DNA of 35,053 bases from Candidatus Staskawiczbacteria bacterium (GTDB lineage: Bacteria > Patescibacteriota > Minisyncoccia > Minisyncoccales > Staskawiczbacteraceae), in assembly GCA_943354455.1 (NCBI GenBank), contig CALRCB010000002.1, positions 1 through 35,053 of the forward strand, given 5' to 3'. Shown one piece after another: positions 15,303-23,468 of the stretch (positions within the stretch are counted from its first letter, which is position 1; every line of letters starts with the position of its first letter). Position numbers and translations under genes: made by a program. The notes below the pieces were generated by a model. The model was given only the letters and a program-made list of their open reading frames with translations, ran no database searches and was not told the origin of the DNA.

Positions 15303-16268
15303 TTATTTACCCAAATATTGCACTTCCATTTCCAACGTCACTCCATACATTTTTTTGACCTCATCTTTTATTAAATCAACCAAAGTTAAAACATCTTGGG
15401 ATTTGGCATTTCCCAAATTGATAATAAAATTAGGGTGTTTTTCTGAAACTTGTGCCCCGCCAATTTTTACCACCTTTAAGCCTGCTTCAGAAATCAAATA
15501 AGCCGTTGGTACCACTGGAAAGGGATCTTTTTTTACCACAAAGTTTAATTTTTCCTGCCATTTAGCGGAGAAAAGATTTAAATCACAATTTTTAAAAATA
15601 CTGCCGGCATTAGGAAAATCCAATGGCTGCTTATCTTTTCGGTATTGAATATGCGAATTGGCAATTTCCTGCAATCTACTTTTGTCACCCTTGTAAAATT
15701 TCATTGTTGCAGAAAGTACCTGCCAATTTTTTTTCTTAAAAATTGATGTTCGGTAAGAAAACCGGCATTCCTGAACCTTCAATTTTTTCAAATTAAAATT
15801 ATGGTCCAATACCTCAACTTCTAAAATATTATCTTTGGTCTCACTGCCAAAACACCCAGCATTCCCCCGGATAGCTCCGCCAAAAGTTCCTGGAAGTCCT
15901 CCTGCCCATTCCAATCCCTGCAATGATTTATTAATAGAAAAATCAACTAAATCCCTCAACGCCACACCCCCATCGGCTTGAATAATGAAACCAGATTTTA
16001 AAGTGATATTTTTATCTTCCCTTTTTATCACCAATCCGGAAAACCCCTTATCAGAAACTAACAGGTTGCTACCCCTACCCAAAATAAAAAAGGGAATACG
16101 GTTTTTTTTACAAAATCTTAACGCCGTTATAATTTCTTTTTTTTGGGAAGTTGCTAAAAAATATTTGGCAGGTCCGCCAATATTGAATGTAGTGTGGCCG
16201 GCCAGCAATACATTTTTTTGCAAGCGAGGTGATTCTTTTTTGAAATTTTTGAAAGTATTATCCTCCAT
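15303..16268 (-). CDS. murB: UDP-N-acetylenolpyruvoylglucosamine reductase MurB
   Basis: FAD-binding motifs TTFNIGGPAKYF and GRGSNLLVSD. C-terminal MurB domain (GSIFKN..., AGLKVVKIGGAQVSEKHPNFIIN). Confidence 0.95.
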   Translation of the reverse strand: MEDNTFKNFKKESPRLQKNVLLAGHTTFNIGGPAKYFLATSQKKEIITALRFCKKNRIPFFILGRGSNLLVSDKGFSGLVIKREDKNITLKSGFIIQADGGVALRDLVDFSINKSLQGLEWAGGLPGTFGGAIRGNAGCFGSETKDNILEVEVLDHNFNLKKLKVQECRFSYRTSIFKKKNWQVLSATMKFYKGDKSRLQEIANSHIQYRKDKQPLDFPNAGSIFKNCDLNLFSAKWQEKLNFVVKKDPFPVVPTAYLISEAGLKVVKIGGAQVSEKHPNFIINLGNAKSQDVLTLVDLIKDEVKKMYGVTLEMEVQYLGK

Positions 16269-17943
16269 TTAGCAGTTGATTTATTTTTTGACGGGTCAAT
16301 ACGCCCACAAACCCGGTTAATGGTATATTGTATTTTTTTTGAAAATTAATTACCGATTTTTTAGTTAAATTTCCAAACACTCCGGTTATCAATCCTTCTG
16401 GATAAATATCGCCACCCTGTGATTTTAAAAATTGCTGTAAACAAGATACGGCGAACCGATCAGAAACTCCAACATATAAATTATTGCTTAACACTAAACA
16501 GCTAGTGTTTTTCATGCCACCGGTATTGCCACGCAAGGCGATGATTTGATTTTTTAGTGATTCTATCTGATCCAATAGTTTTTGTATTAATGCTTGATTC
16601 TCATTTAAAGAAGTCCCCGTAGTTGAAATATTAAACATATAAGGGTAACTTAATTCGGGCCCTTCAAATCCGGAAATTTTTGATTGCAATGACGGTGAAA
16701 TAACTAGGGAATTGTATTGGGTCCCAAAATCCTTAATAATAATTTCTCCCTTGCCGCTTCTATCAAAATTTAAAAACTTAATGACAGGGTTGCTATTTTT
16801 TTCGTAGATAATATATGGCACTTGGAATGCCGGCCCCCCAAAACTTGAAAATACCAATTTTAAGTCTCCGTCACCTCCGATGATTTTTTGCCAATTGCCC
16901 ATCCAGTTCTTGGTGAAATTATTTAACGATAACGAAGTGTCGCCGGTTAATGGCAAAAAAATGAGGGCTGGGTTTATTTTCAGCACAACCAAATTTTTAT
17001 TAAGGTAGCAATATTTTGCCTCAACCGAACAATTATTAACCACTATCGCTATGGTCCAATTGGTAAAAATTTTGGCAAAATCTTCTTTAAATCCTTTTTT
17101 TAAAAGCGCTTCATTGATGCTTGGTATGCCAACTAATTTTGACTTTAAAGAATCGATTAATATGTTAATGTCGTAATGGTCAACCAAGTAATGCACAAAC
17201 AAACTTTCCACCGCATAGTCATATTTCGTATTCTGCCACTCAGTTAAAGAATTATTTGGTTTTTCCAAAAAATCGTTGACTCGGCGCTGCAAATTACTGC
17301 CCTCGTACACATCGTCGTAGCCCAATATAGTTGACGCGTAGTCCGCCCGCGCCTCGGAGAGCCAAACTTCTTCCCTTGCGCCTTGTATTTTTTCTTTTTG
17401 ATTAAATTCAATAAGGTGGACAAACTCATGAGCCAAAAATACTTTAAGTTGTGGATTGGTAATCTGGGCAATGGGCATGTAGATCATTTCGCGCTCATTA
17501 GAATCAGGTATTTGCAACTTGCTATACCCATCTTGCGAGCGAAAATATCCGCCAAGATTTGGTTTTTCCTGCTTAAATAACAGGGTTATTTTTGGGTCGC
17601 CGTCAATGCCGGGGATCCATTCGGTGCCGTACGCCGAAGTTAATTTTGGATAAATTTTACTATTAAATTCAGCTGACAGAGCATCAAGGCTAATTAAAAT
17701 TTCATCTTTTTTAATTTGATTTTGAGAATCCCACCAAGTGGTTTCTATGTAAAAAGAAAGTTTGGAAGTGGTTTTAACTAAAATTGCCACTACATTTTGG
17801 CGTTCCTTATAGTCATAATTCTGGTCTACATAAAAATTCGCGTAGTCTCCCACATTGGCAGCTTTAGCGTGCGATACAGAAAAAAAACACAAAAAAATAA
17901 GTGTAGTAAAAAATATATTTTTAAATTTATTTTGCGTAATCAT
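16258..17943 (-). CDS. Secreted gluzincin-type (HExxH...WLxE) metallopeptidase with a C-terminal peptidoglycan-binding domain
   Basis: Signal peptide. AHEFVHL followed 20 residues later by WLSEARADY, an M1-like spacing. The C-terminal PG_binding_1-like segment is LQQFLKSQGG...GVFGNLTKKSVINFQKKYNIPLTGFVG. The gene overlaps the murB start by 11 nt. Confidence 0.7.
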   Translation of the reverse strand: MITQNKFKNIFFTTLIFLCFFSVSHAKAANVGDYANFYVDQNYDYKERQNVVAILVKTTSKLSFYIETTWWDSQNQIKKDEILISLDALSAEFNSKIYPKLTSAYGTEWIPGIDGDPKITLLFKQEKPNLGGYFRSQDGYSKLQIPDSNEREMIYMPIAQITNPQLKVFLAHEFVHLIEFNQKEKIQGAREEVWLSEARADYASTILGYDDVYEGSNLQRRVNDFLEKPNNSLTEWQNTKYDYAVESLFVHYLVDHYDINILIDSLKSKLVGIPSINEALLKKGFKEDFAKIFTNWTIAIVVNNCSVEAKYCYLNKNLVVLKINPALIFLPLTGDTSLSLNNFTKNWMGNWQKIIGGDGDLKLVFSSFGGPAFQVPYIIYEKNSNPVIKFLNFDRSGKGEIIIKDFGTQYNSLVISPSLQSKISGFEGPELSYPYMFNISTTGTSLNENQALIQKLLDQIESLKNQIIALRGNTGGMKNTSCLVLSNNLYVGVSDRFAVSCLQQFLKSQGGDIYPEGLITGVFGNLTKKSVINFQKKYNIPLTGFVGVLTRQKINQLLNGG

Positions 17944-18013
17944 AAAAAAATTATAGATTGTTTTATTATATCATAAAACAATAAAAAAGCTAATTTTTAT
18001 TTTCCCTGAAACC

Positions 18014-18037
18014 AAAGCGCCCCAAAAGGGGCGCTTT
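18014..18037 (-). terminator. Strong GC hairpin terminator after the S-layer-like gene
   Basis: AAAGCGCCCC-aaaa-GGGGCGCTTT, a perfect 10-bp stem. Confidence 0.8.
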
Positions 18038-18094
18038 GCTCGATTCTAAGTCTCGAGAAACTATGTTAAACACTACCTCCCAGATTACAAATTC

Positions 18095-21000
18095 TTATTT
18101 TGTAAGAGTCTGTGAATCAAGTGGGAGTGTTCTGACTAGGAAATCATTACTCCAGTCAAGTACGGTTGTGCTTGCAATATCGTGTCCTGAGCCTGATACA
18201 TCAGACCAAATGAAGGATGGAGATAATCCATATCCTGCATATGTCTCAGCAAAAGATCCAGAAGCAGCTACTGCTGTGTAATCATCAGAAACAGCAAATA
18301 CCGAAGGCGAAGCGATGCTAGTAGTAATGTAATCAGTTGTAACAAGTGTACCAGCTACTGTTGCCTTTAAGAGGTAGTTTACTGACCCTGAAACCTGTTG
18401 TTCAATCGTAGGAACAAACTGTAAGCGACATGTAAGAAGTGTTGCTACACAAGTAGCAGCATTGGCTGTATCGCGAACTGTTGCTGTTCCTGCAATCTGA
18501 GTGTTTGAGTCAGCATTCCATAATGAGAATGCAGCACCGTTGGCAATAGTTGGAGCGCTAGTCTTAGTTAGACTAAAGATAATTCTTTCCCATCCAACTG
18601 TACCTGTTCCACTTGTGCTGATTGAGAACTTAGATAGTGTATTCGTTCCAGCAACAAGAGCTGTAGTAGGAAGAGATACAAGAGCTAGTGCAGGAATTGA
18701 CTTGTATGTGTACTGAGCAGTTCCAGCAGGATTGCTTTCGGTAATCGTAGCTGAAGTACCAGCACCATTAGTTGCAGTTCCTGCAGTTAGAGTAACAAGT
18801 GTTGAAGCACCTGTTGAGCCCGCACCCACTCCAACTGTACCAAGATCAAGCTTTACAGTAAGAATCTTAGTTTGACCAGAAGGAACGACCCATGTCAAAC
18901 CATTGAAGGTTGTGGTGGTCGCTGCTGCTTTTTGTGCAATTTCGGTTATACCATCAAACAATCTCATTGTTGATGATGTCGTGACATCAGCAACTGTAAA
19001 CGTAAGATCCGTTAGTGTGTAAGCATCAGTGATAGCAACGAATTTAAATGCTGCCATTGTCTTTGTGCCATTATCATCATTTATAGATGCATCAGGTCGT
19101 GAAGCATCTTGTGTAGCTGTAATAGAACCTGCGTTGGCAGTGATAACTTGACCATCAACCATAGTGGCGGTTGTTGAAGCTACAGAAGAAAGAGCTCCCA
19201 CTCCACTTACGGTCATTTCAGCCTTAATTGAATCAGCTGCTGTAATAGTAGAGCCGATAGTTGACCATATTTCAAGATTCATAGTTCCATTTTTAACAAG
19301 AAGTTTGGTTATTGAATATGTATCACCAGTAGCTGAAACTGTTCCCTTTGGAGAACCAATAACAACACCGTTTATCTTAAGTATTACATCTGTAAGATCT
19401 GCTGCTGCAAAAGTAGCATTCGTGACAGAAGTAAAGTTCACAGCAACTGTGTCAAGATTTACATCTTCAACATTGTTTCCATCCAAAGTGAAGGAAGCAA
19501 GTTTGTAAGATGAAGTCTGAGGAACAGCTGTCGTCTGAGCAGCATAAGTTGCTGTCGCAGCTAATGTTATAGTAGCAGAACTTGAAGCAGTCAAAGTGTT
19601 TCCACTTATATCAGCTGCAGGAACTGTAATATATCCAAGTGATGAAAGACGTTGTGTGTTGTTTGTTGATGTGACCAATTTACCTGTGAATGTATCACCA
19701 GCTGTGACATGGTTTGTACCATCATTGTCAAAGATATCAGCACGGATTTCAAGAGTCGCAGGCATACCAGCAGCTAATGTGTAATTAGTTGTGTATGTTG
19801 TTCCAGCAAGTACCAATGTAGCTGTTGAACCAACCTGTGCACCATTGATCATAATACGACCGTTTCGAAGTGAAGCGATAGAACCATCAGATGTTGTGAA
19901 ACCAGCTTTAATGTTTTCAATCTTCAAAGATTCACCGTAAGTAGTAAGAGTGTATTTTGCAAGTACTACATCGTTACCACTTACAATAGTGTTTCCTGAA
20001 GGTGAATCAGAAGTCTTTTGTACTGTAACTGAACCAGAATTGATTGAAGTTGCAGCTACGGGACTTGCTGGGAAGTTACCAGAACTAAATGTAGAGGAAA
20101 TTCCTGAATTGTATTGGCTATCCAAAAAACCAACGTCCGTCTTATTGCGAATTGAGAATTGGAAAGTTCTTGAAGAACCACCATTCACATCAGCAAGTAC
20201 TTTAACTACGCGTGTACCAGTTGCAAGTAATTTTGGAGTAGCAAGAACAAATGTTGCGTAACCATCTGAATCTAGGTTTTCGACTGTTGCTACAGTTACA
20301 CCGTCAACCATAAGTCTAAAGTTGGCAATGTCTCCAGTGTTGACTGAGCCAATTTGACGCATAGCTAAACGACTAAATGTAACCTCGCGAGTACCAATGC
20401 TGACACTGCTGTTGAAAACCACAACATCCTTGGCTGGGTCAATTGAACCAGCTGTTGGAGTGATAGTTCCAAAGTCTACAGTAGCTGCATTAGTTGTTAT
20501 TGCAACATAGTGTAAATTACCAGCAATGTTTACAGGAGATATAACTCCACCTGATGTAACACTGGTAAGGCTAAGATTAATACTATACGGAGTATCGGTG
20601 CTAACAATTTCAGCAATTATTGAAATTGTTTTTGATCCTGACACAGTAAACAATCCTGCATTATTGTTGAATGTAGCTGTACTGTCTGAATTTAAAGATG
20701 CTCCATCTGTCAAACGAGTTGCGCCATCATACAAGTATACGTTTGGCACCGCATTGTTTGAAGAAACACCTGATCGCGTCAACTTCAATGATGTAACTGT
20801 TCCATTACCTGTGAAAGTATATTTCGCAAATAAGAAACCAGTTGAAGGAGATACGACTGTTCCAGAAGCTGGATTATTAACTGCAAGCATAACGCTTACT
20901 GGGCCAGTTGTTGTGGTTGGGGCGGTTGGAGTTGAAGGTGATGTGCTCACCAATGAATTTGCCTTTGCCCTTGAAAGGGGACCAAATCGATTTGCGGATG

Positions 21001-21349
21001 TAATCCCGTTTGCCGTCTGCCATTTTTGAACAGCTGCTAAGGTTTTTGGACCAAAGTTAACTGTTTCATTGCCAAGCGAACCTGCTCCCGACATTGCCAC
21101 TTGGTATCCCCAAGCATTCAAATCCTTTTGCAACCACATTACATCATCACCTGTTGAACCAACTTGTAGGTTCCTTGTATAGGTGTGGCTAACTGTAGTG
21201 CTTGGTCCTTGCATTGTATTCAATTGAGCCATCAAAGCATTAACTTGTGCTTGAAGTTCTTCAACTGTAGCAGCGCCAACTGTAGGAGCAATCATGGCAA
21301 CCATAGTCAAAGCGACTGTAGCTGTTATAATTGTTTTTTTAATATTCAT
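18095..21349 (-). CDS. Peptidoglycan-anchored, S-layer-like/surface array protein (1,084 aa)
   Basis: Signal peptide (…APTVGA/ATVEE), a short coiled coil, and a PG_binding_1 domain (GDDVMWLQKDLNAWGY...FGPKTLAAVQKWQTANGI). A Pro/Thr linker is followed by about six divergent 110-140-aa beta-rich modules rich in Thr/Ser/Ala/Val/Gly. The gene is visibly more GC-rich than its neighbours. Confidence 0.8.
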   Translation of the reverse strand: MNIKKTIITATVALTMVAMIAPTVGAATVEELQAQVNALMAQLNTMQGPSTTVSHTYTRNLQVGSTGDDVMWLQKDLNAWGYQVAMSGAGSLGNETVNFGPKTLAAVQKWQTANGITSANRFGPLSRAKANSLVSTSPSTPTAPTTTTGPVSVMLAVNNPASGTVVSPSTGFLFAKYTFTGNGTVTSLKLTRSGVSSNNAVPNVYLYDGATRLTDGASLNSDSTATFNNNAGLFTVSGSKTISIIAEIVSTDTPYSINLSLTSVTSGGVISPVNIAGNLHYVAITTNAATVDFGTITPTAGSIDPAKDVVVFNSSVSIGTREVTFSRLAMRQIGSVNTGDIANFRLMVDGVTVATVENLDSDGYATFVLATPKLLATGTRVVKVLADVNGGSSRTFQFSIRNKTDVGFLDSQYNSGISSTFSSGNFPASPVAATSINSGSVTVQKTSDSPSGNTIVSGNDVVLAKYTLTTYGESLKIENIKAGFTTSDGSIASLRNGRIMINGAQVGSTATLVLAGTTYTTNYTLAAGMPATLEIRADIFDNDGTNHVTAGDTFTGKLVTSTNNTQRLSSLGYITVPAADISGNTLTASSSATITLAATATYAAQTTAVPQTSSYKLASFTLDGNNVEDVNLDTVAVNFTSVTNATFAAADLTDVILKINGVVIGSPKGTVSATGDTYSITKLLVKNGTMNLEIWSTIGSTITAADSIKAEMTVSGVGALSSVASTTATMVDGQVITANAGSITATQDASRPDASINDDNGTKTMAAFKFVAITDAYTLTDLTFTVADVTTSSTMRLFDGITEIAQKAAATTTTFNGLTWVVPSGQTKILTVKLDLGTVGVGAGSTGASTLVTLTAGTATNGAGTSATITESNPAGTAQYTYKSIPALALVSLPTTALVAGTNTLSKFSISTSGTGTVGWERIIFSLTKTSAPTIANGAAFSLWNADSNTQIAGTATVRDTANAATCVATLLTCRLQFVPTIEQQVSGSVNYLLKATVAGTLVTTDYITTSIASPSVFAVSDDYTAVAASGSFAETYAGYGLSPSFIWSDVSGSGHDIASTTVLDWSNDFLVRTLPLDSQTLTK
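18350..20902 (-). repeat. About six divergent tandem beta-sandwich-like protein modules within the S-layer-like gene
   Basis: A recurring pattern appears roughly every 110-145 aa: ...(A/S)KYT(F/L)T...(label strand)...V.L..DG..v...F..l...G....l.v.adv. Approximate aa positions are 150-285, 290-400, 438-545, 590-700, 740-840 and 885-1000. Boundaries are approximate. Confidence 0.55.
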
Positions 21350-21410
21350 TTTTTTATTGTTTTTTTGTTAAATTATATTTTTATTAATTACCATCGGTCG
21401 ACCTTAATAA

Positions 21411-21540
21411 TGTCCAATTAAACCCCCAGAAATTCGGGAGCTCGCAAAGCGAGCTTTGTAGTATTAATTTTCGCGGTTTTACGTATTAACAACGAATTTT
21501 AATTCGTTAAAACTTACCTCGCGAACAATTTAATTGGACT
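21411..21540 (-). promoter_or_regulatory. Nested inverted-repeat element (putative structured 5' leader or operator cluster) upstream of the S-layer-like gene
   Basis: Outer arms TGTCCAATTAAA (21411-21422) and TTTAATTGGACT (21529-21540) match 11/12. The inner pair is TTCGCG (21470-21475) / CGCGAA (21520-21525). It encloses the hairpin AACGAATT-tt-AATTCGTT (21491-21508). A separate hairpin AGCTCGC-aaa-GCGAGCT lies at 21439-21455. Confidence 0.5.
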
Positions 21541-21560
21541 GCGACTTGTCAAATTTTTAA

Positions 21561-22283
21561 TTAATTGGCCACGCCAGCACTACTAGCACTCAGTATTATC
21601 AAATCTCTTAAGGCCTTACCAGAATCCATATCTTCGTTATAAGCTTTTTCAATCCTATTAAACTCATTTTGTCCATCTTCAGTATATGTCACATCCTTAC
21701 CGTCTTTAAATATTTGCTTTACCAAAGCATCAACGGGTGCGCCCAAAGCTTCTTTTAAATCTTCGCCTCCTCCGGGAATATTAAAAATTGTTTTACTGTT
21801 ATTTACTTCCAATGCAACCTTCTTCGCCAATTTTGGATTTTTTTGTATACTGTTAGTTAATATCTTAGAAGCAACTTTTACTTGTTCTATGGCTACATTA
21901 AGATTTTGTGATTTATTCTTAACGGCGTCGGATAAAATTTGTGATTTTAATTGAAATTCTTTTATGCTATCTTTTAATGTATTCACCGCAATTATATCTG
22001 TATTATAATTAAGAGAAGCAACTTGCACTACATCATTTATCTGATAATTCAGCAAACCAGCAGTACCAATAAAAACAAATAATAGTGTTGCAAAAGCAAA
22101 GGCTAATCTCTTTTGAGCGAACAGCTCCACAATATTTGAAAAACTCACCTTAGAAACAGGATTTGACACTTCTTTTTTAACGTTAAACATCGCTGTCTTA
22201 GACAAAGACACCCACTCTGCGTTAGGCTTAATTTTCTTCAATTCATTGAGCTTATAAATAAGTTGTTGTTCTGTCATTATCAT
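21561..22283 (-). CDS. Single-pass membrane protein downstream of the ECF sigma gene (candidate anti-sigma factor or partner)
   Basis: A ~60-aa cytoplasmic N-terminus, one TM helix (LAFAFATLLFVFIGTAGLL) and a helical extracytoplasmic domain. The call rests on position, 44 nt after the sigma gene. No zf-HC2 motif was seen. Confidence 0.5.
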   Translation of the reverse strand: MIMTEQQLIYKLNELKKIKPNAEWVSLSKTAMFNVKKEVSNPVSKVSFSNIVELFAQKRLAFAFATLLFVFIGTAGLLNYQINDVVQVASLNYNTDIIAVNTLKDSIKEFQLKSQILSDAVKNKSQNLNVAIEQVKVASKILTNSIQKNPKLAKKVALEVNNSKTIFNIPGGGEDLKEALGAPVDALVKQIFKDGKDVTYTEDGQNEFNRIEKAYNEDMDSGKALRDLIILSASSAGVAN

Positions 22284-22327
22284 GTTGATTATAATGATGA
22301 CGCAAAAATGGTTAATTTGTTACAATT

Positions 22328-22834
22328 TTAAGATTCCTGACTCAATTCTCCTCTCAACATTTCCAGCCCCCTATGAATCATAACTCTTACGGTGCCAGCG
22401 GGCTTACCGATTAATATCGAAATTTCTTCAGCCGGCATATCTTCTAAATAATACCAAATTAGCACATTCTGATAATTTTCTTTTAACTTACCAATGGCTG
22501 ATTTTATTCCTTCCATATCCGCATCTAAAACCGCCTTATCGTATATATTTGTCTTATGGTCAACCGCTTGCGCGATATTATCAACTGAAACCGTCTTTGA
22601 TTTACCCTTCTCTCTGTAATAATCAACTGTCGTATTCCTAGCAATCTGATACAAAAATGCCCCAGGGTTTTTGATATTAGGTTGTTTTTTAAAGGCTTCC
22701 CAGCCATTCAAAAACACCTTAGAAGTCAAATCTTGGGCAATTTCCTCTGAATTTACCCTCAAGTAAACAAAACGATATATTTTTTCAATATATTCATCAT
22801 AAATATGACTAAATTGTTCTTTACTGCTATTCAT
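22328..22834 (-). CDS. ECF-type RNA polymerase sigma-70 family factor
   Basis: 168 aa with only regions 2 and 4: IYRFVYLRVNSEEIAQDLTSKVFLNGW and EDMPAEEISILIGKPAGTVRVMIHRGLEMLR. Confidence 0.9.
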   Translation of the reverse strand: MNSSKEQFSHIYDEYIEKIYRFVYLRVNSEEIAQDLTSKVFLNGWEAFKKQPNIKNPGAFLYQIARNTTVDYYREKGKSKTVSVDNIAQAVDHKTNIYDKAVLDADMEGIKSAIGKLKENYQNVLIWYYLEDMPAEEISILIGKPAGTVRVMIHRGLEMLRGELSQES

Positions 22835-22847
22835 TAATTGAGCGTTA

Positions 22848-22876
22848 ATTATAGCTTAAATATTCAATAAAGTCAA
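22848..22876 (-). promoter_or_regulatory. Near-consensus sigma-70 promoter of the ECF sigma gene (TTGACT-17-TATAAT)
   Basis: On the minus strand TTGACT lies at 22876..22871, followed by a 17-nt spacer and TATAAT at 22853..22848. ATG lies 13 nt downstream with no SD motif. Confidence 0.7.
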
Positions 22877-22878
22877 TA

Positions 22879-22920
22879 ATTTGATAGGACATTTGATAGG
22901 ACATACTTATAGTTAGGACA
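22879..22920 (-). repeat. Tandem 12-bp direct repeats (2 exact copies plus 1 partial) abutting the -35 of the sigma promoter; putative regulator binding sites
   Basis: On the plus strand ATTTGATAGGAC occurs at 22879-22890 and again at 22891-22902. A third TAGGACA lies at 22914-22920, overlapping the stop of the upstream HTH gene. On the minus strand the core reads TGTCCTA(TCAAA). Confidence 0.7.
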
Positions 22921-23428
22921 TTTTTTGATAAAACACCTGATTCCATTCACCTGCCCTAGATATTTTGCCTCTTTTCAGTAAATCATCCAAATCCCTCCTA
23001 ATAGTTCGCTTAGTTACCTTGGGCAACTCTTTAATGAAATCGGACACTTGAGCATTCTCTTTTTTATTTAATATTTCTAAAATCTTGCTCTGCCTTTGAG
23101 AATATTTTTCAATCCTATCATATTTGACGGACGACTTGGCAATATCTTTTGGAATTTCAATATTATCTTTCATTTTTTGATACTCTTTAGTGATTATCAA
23201 AAAATTCATACTGCTTATCCACCCCTGACCAAAACCAACCTTAAGATAATTTTCCAAAACCGCAATATCGTCTGATGCTTGCAAAAAATTTTGAAGTGTC
23301 AGATTTTCTAATATCGCTAAAACCTTTTCTTTTGCCAGATTTTTAAGCGGATCAGAGTCCGGTAAAAAATCTAAAATTTTATAAATAATACTCATTGTTT
23401 TCACAAAATCATCATCTGCCATAATCAA
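22913..23428 (-). CDS. DeoR-like winged-helix HTH regulator with an N-terminal helical domain
   Basis: The C-terminus RQSKILEILNKKENAQVSDFIKELPKVTKRTIRRDLDDLLKRGKISR is a DeoR-type HTH. The ORF opens at TTG 23428, but ATG 23422 is the likely start. TTGACT-17-TAAACT (23460..23432) ends 9 nt before it. Confidence 0.75.
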   Translation of the reverse strand: MIMADDDFVKTMSIIYKILDFLPDSDPLKNLAKEKVLAILENLTLQNFLQASDDIAVLENYLKVGFGQGWISSMNFLIITKEYQKMKDNIEIPKDIAKSSVKYDRIEKYSQRQSKILEILNKKENAQVSDFIKELPKVTKRTIRRDLDDLLKRGKISRAGEWNQVFYQKMS

Positions 23429-23468
23429 TAAAGTTTACCAAAAAAAAACATCAAAGTCAAAAATTACG

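Noticed and set aside
18036-21421. Eight plus-strand ORFs (61-167 aa, for example 20526..21029) inside the S-layer-like gene
   Set aside because: They are antisense to a 1,084-aa ORF with clear domain content. The stop-poor antisense frames follow from the GC-richer, Thr/Ala/Gly/Val-biased codon composition. Their translations are low-complexity and lack start signals.
22879-22902. Tandem repeats considered as a minimal CRISPR or other array
   Set aside because: There are only two 12-bp units with no spacers and no cas genes. Their position against a -35 box fits a protein-binding site instead.
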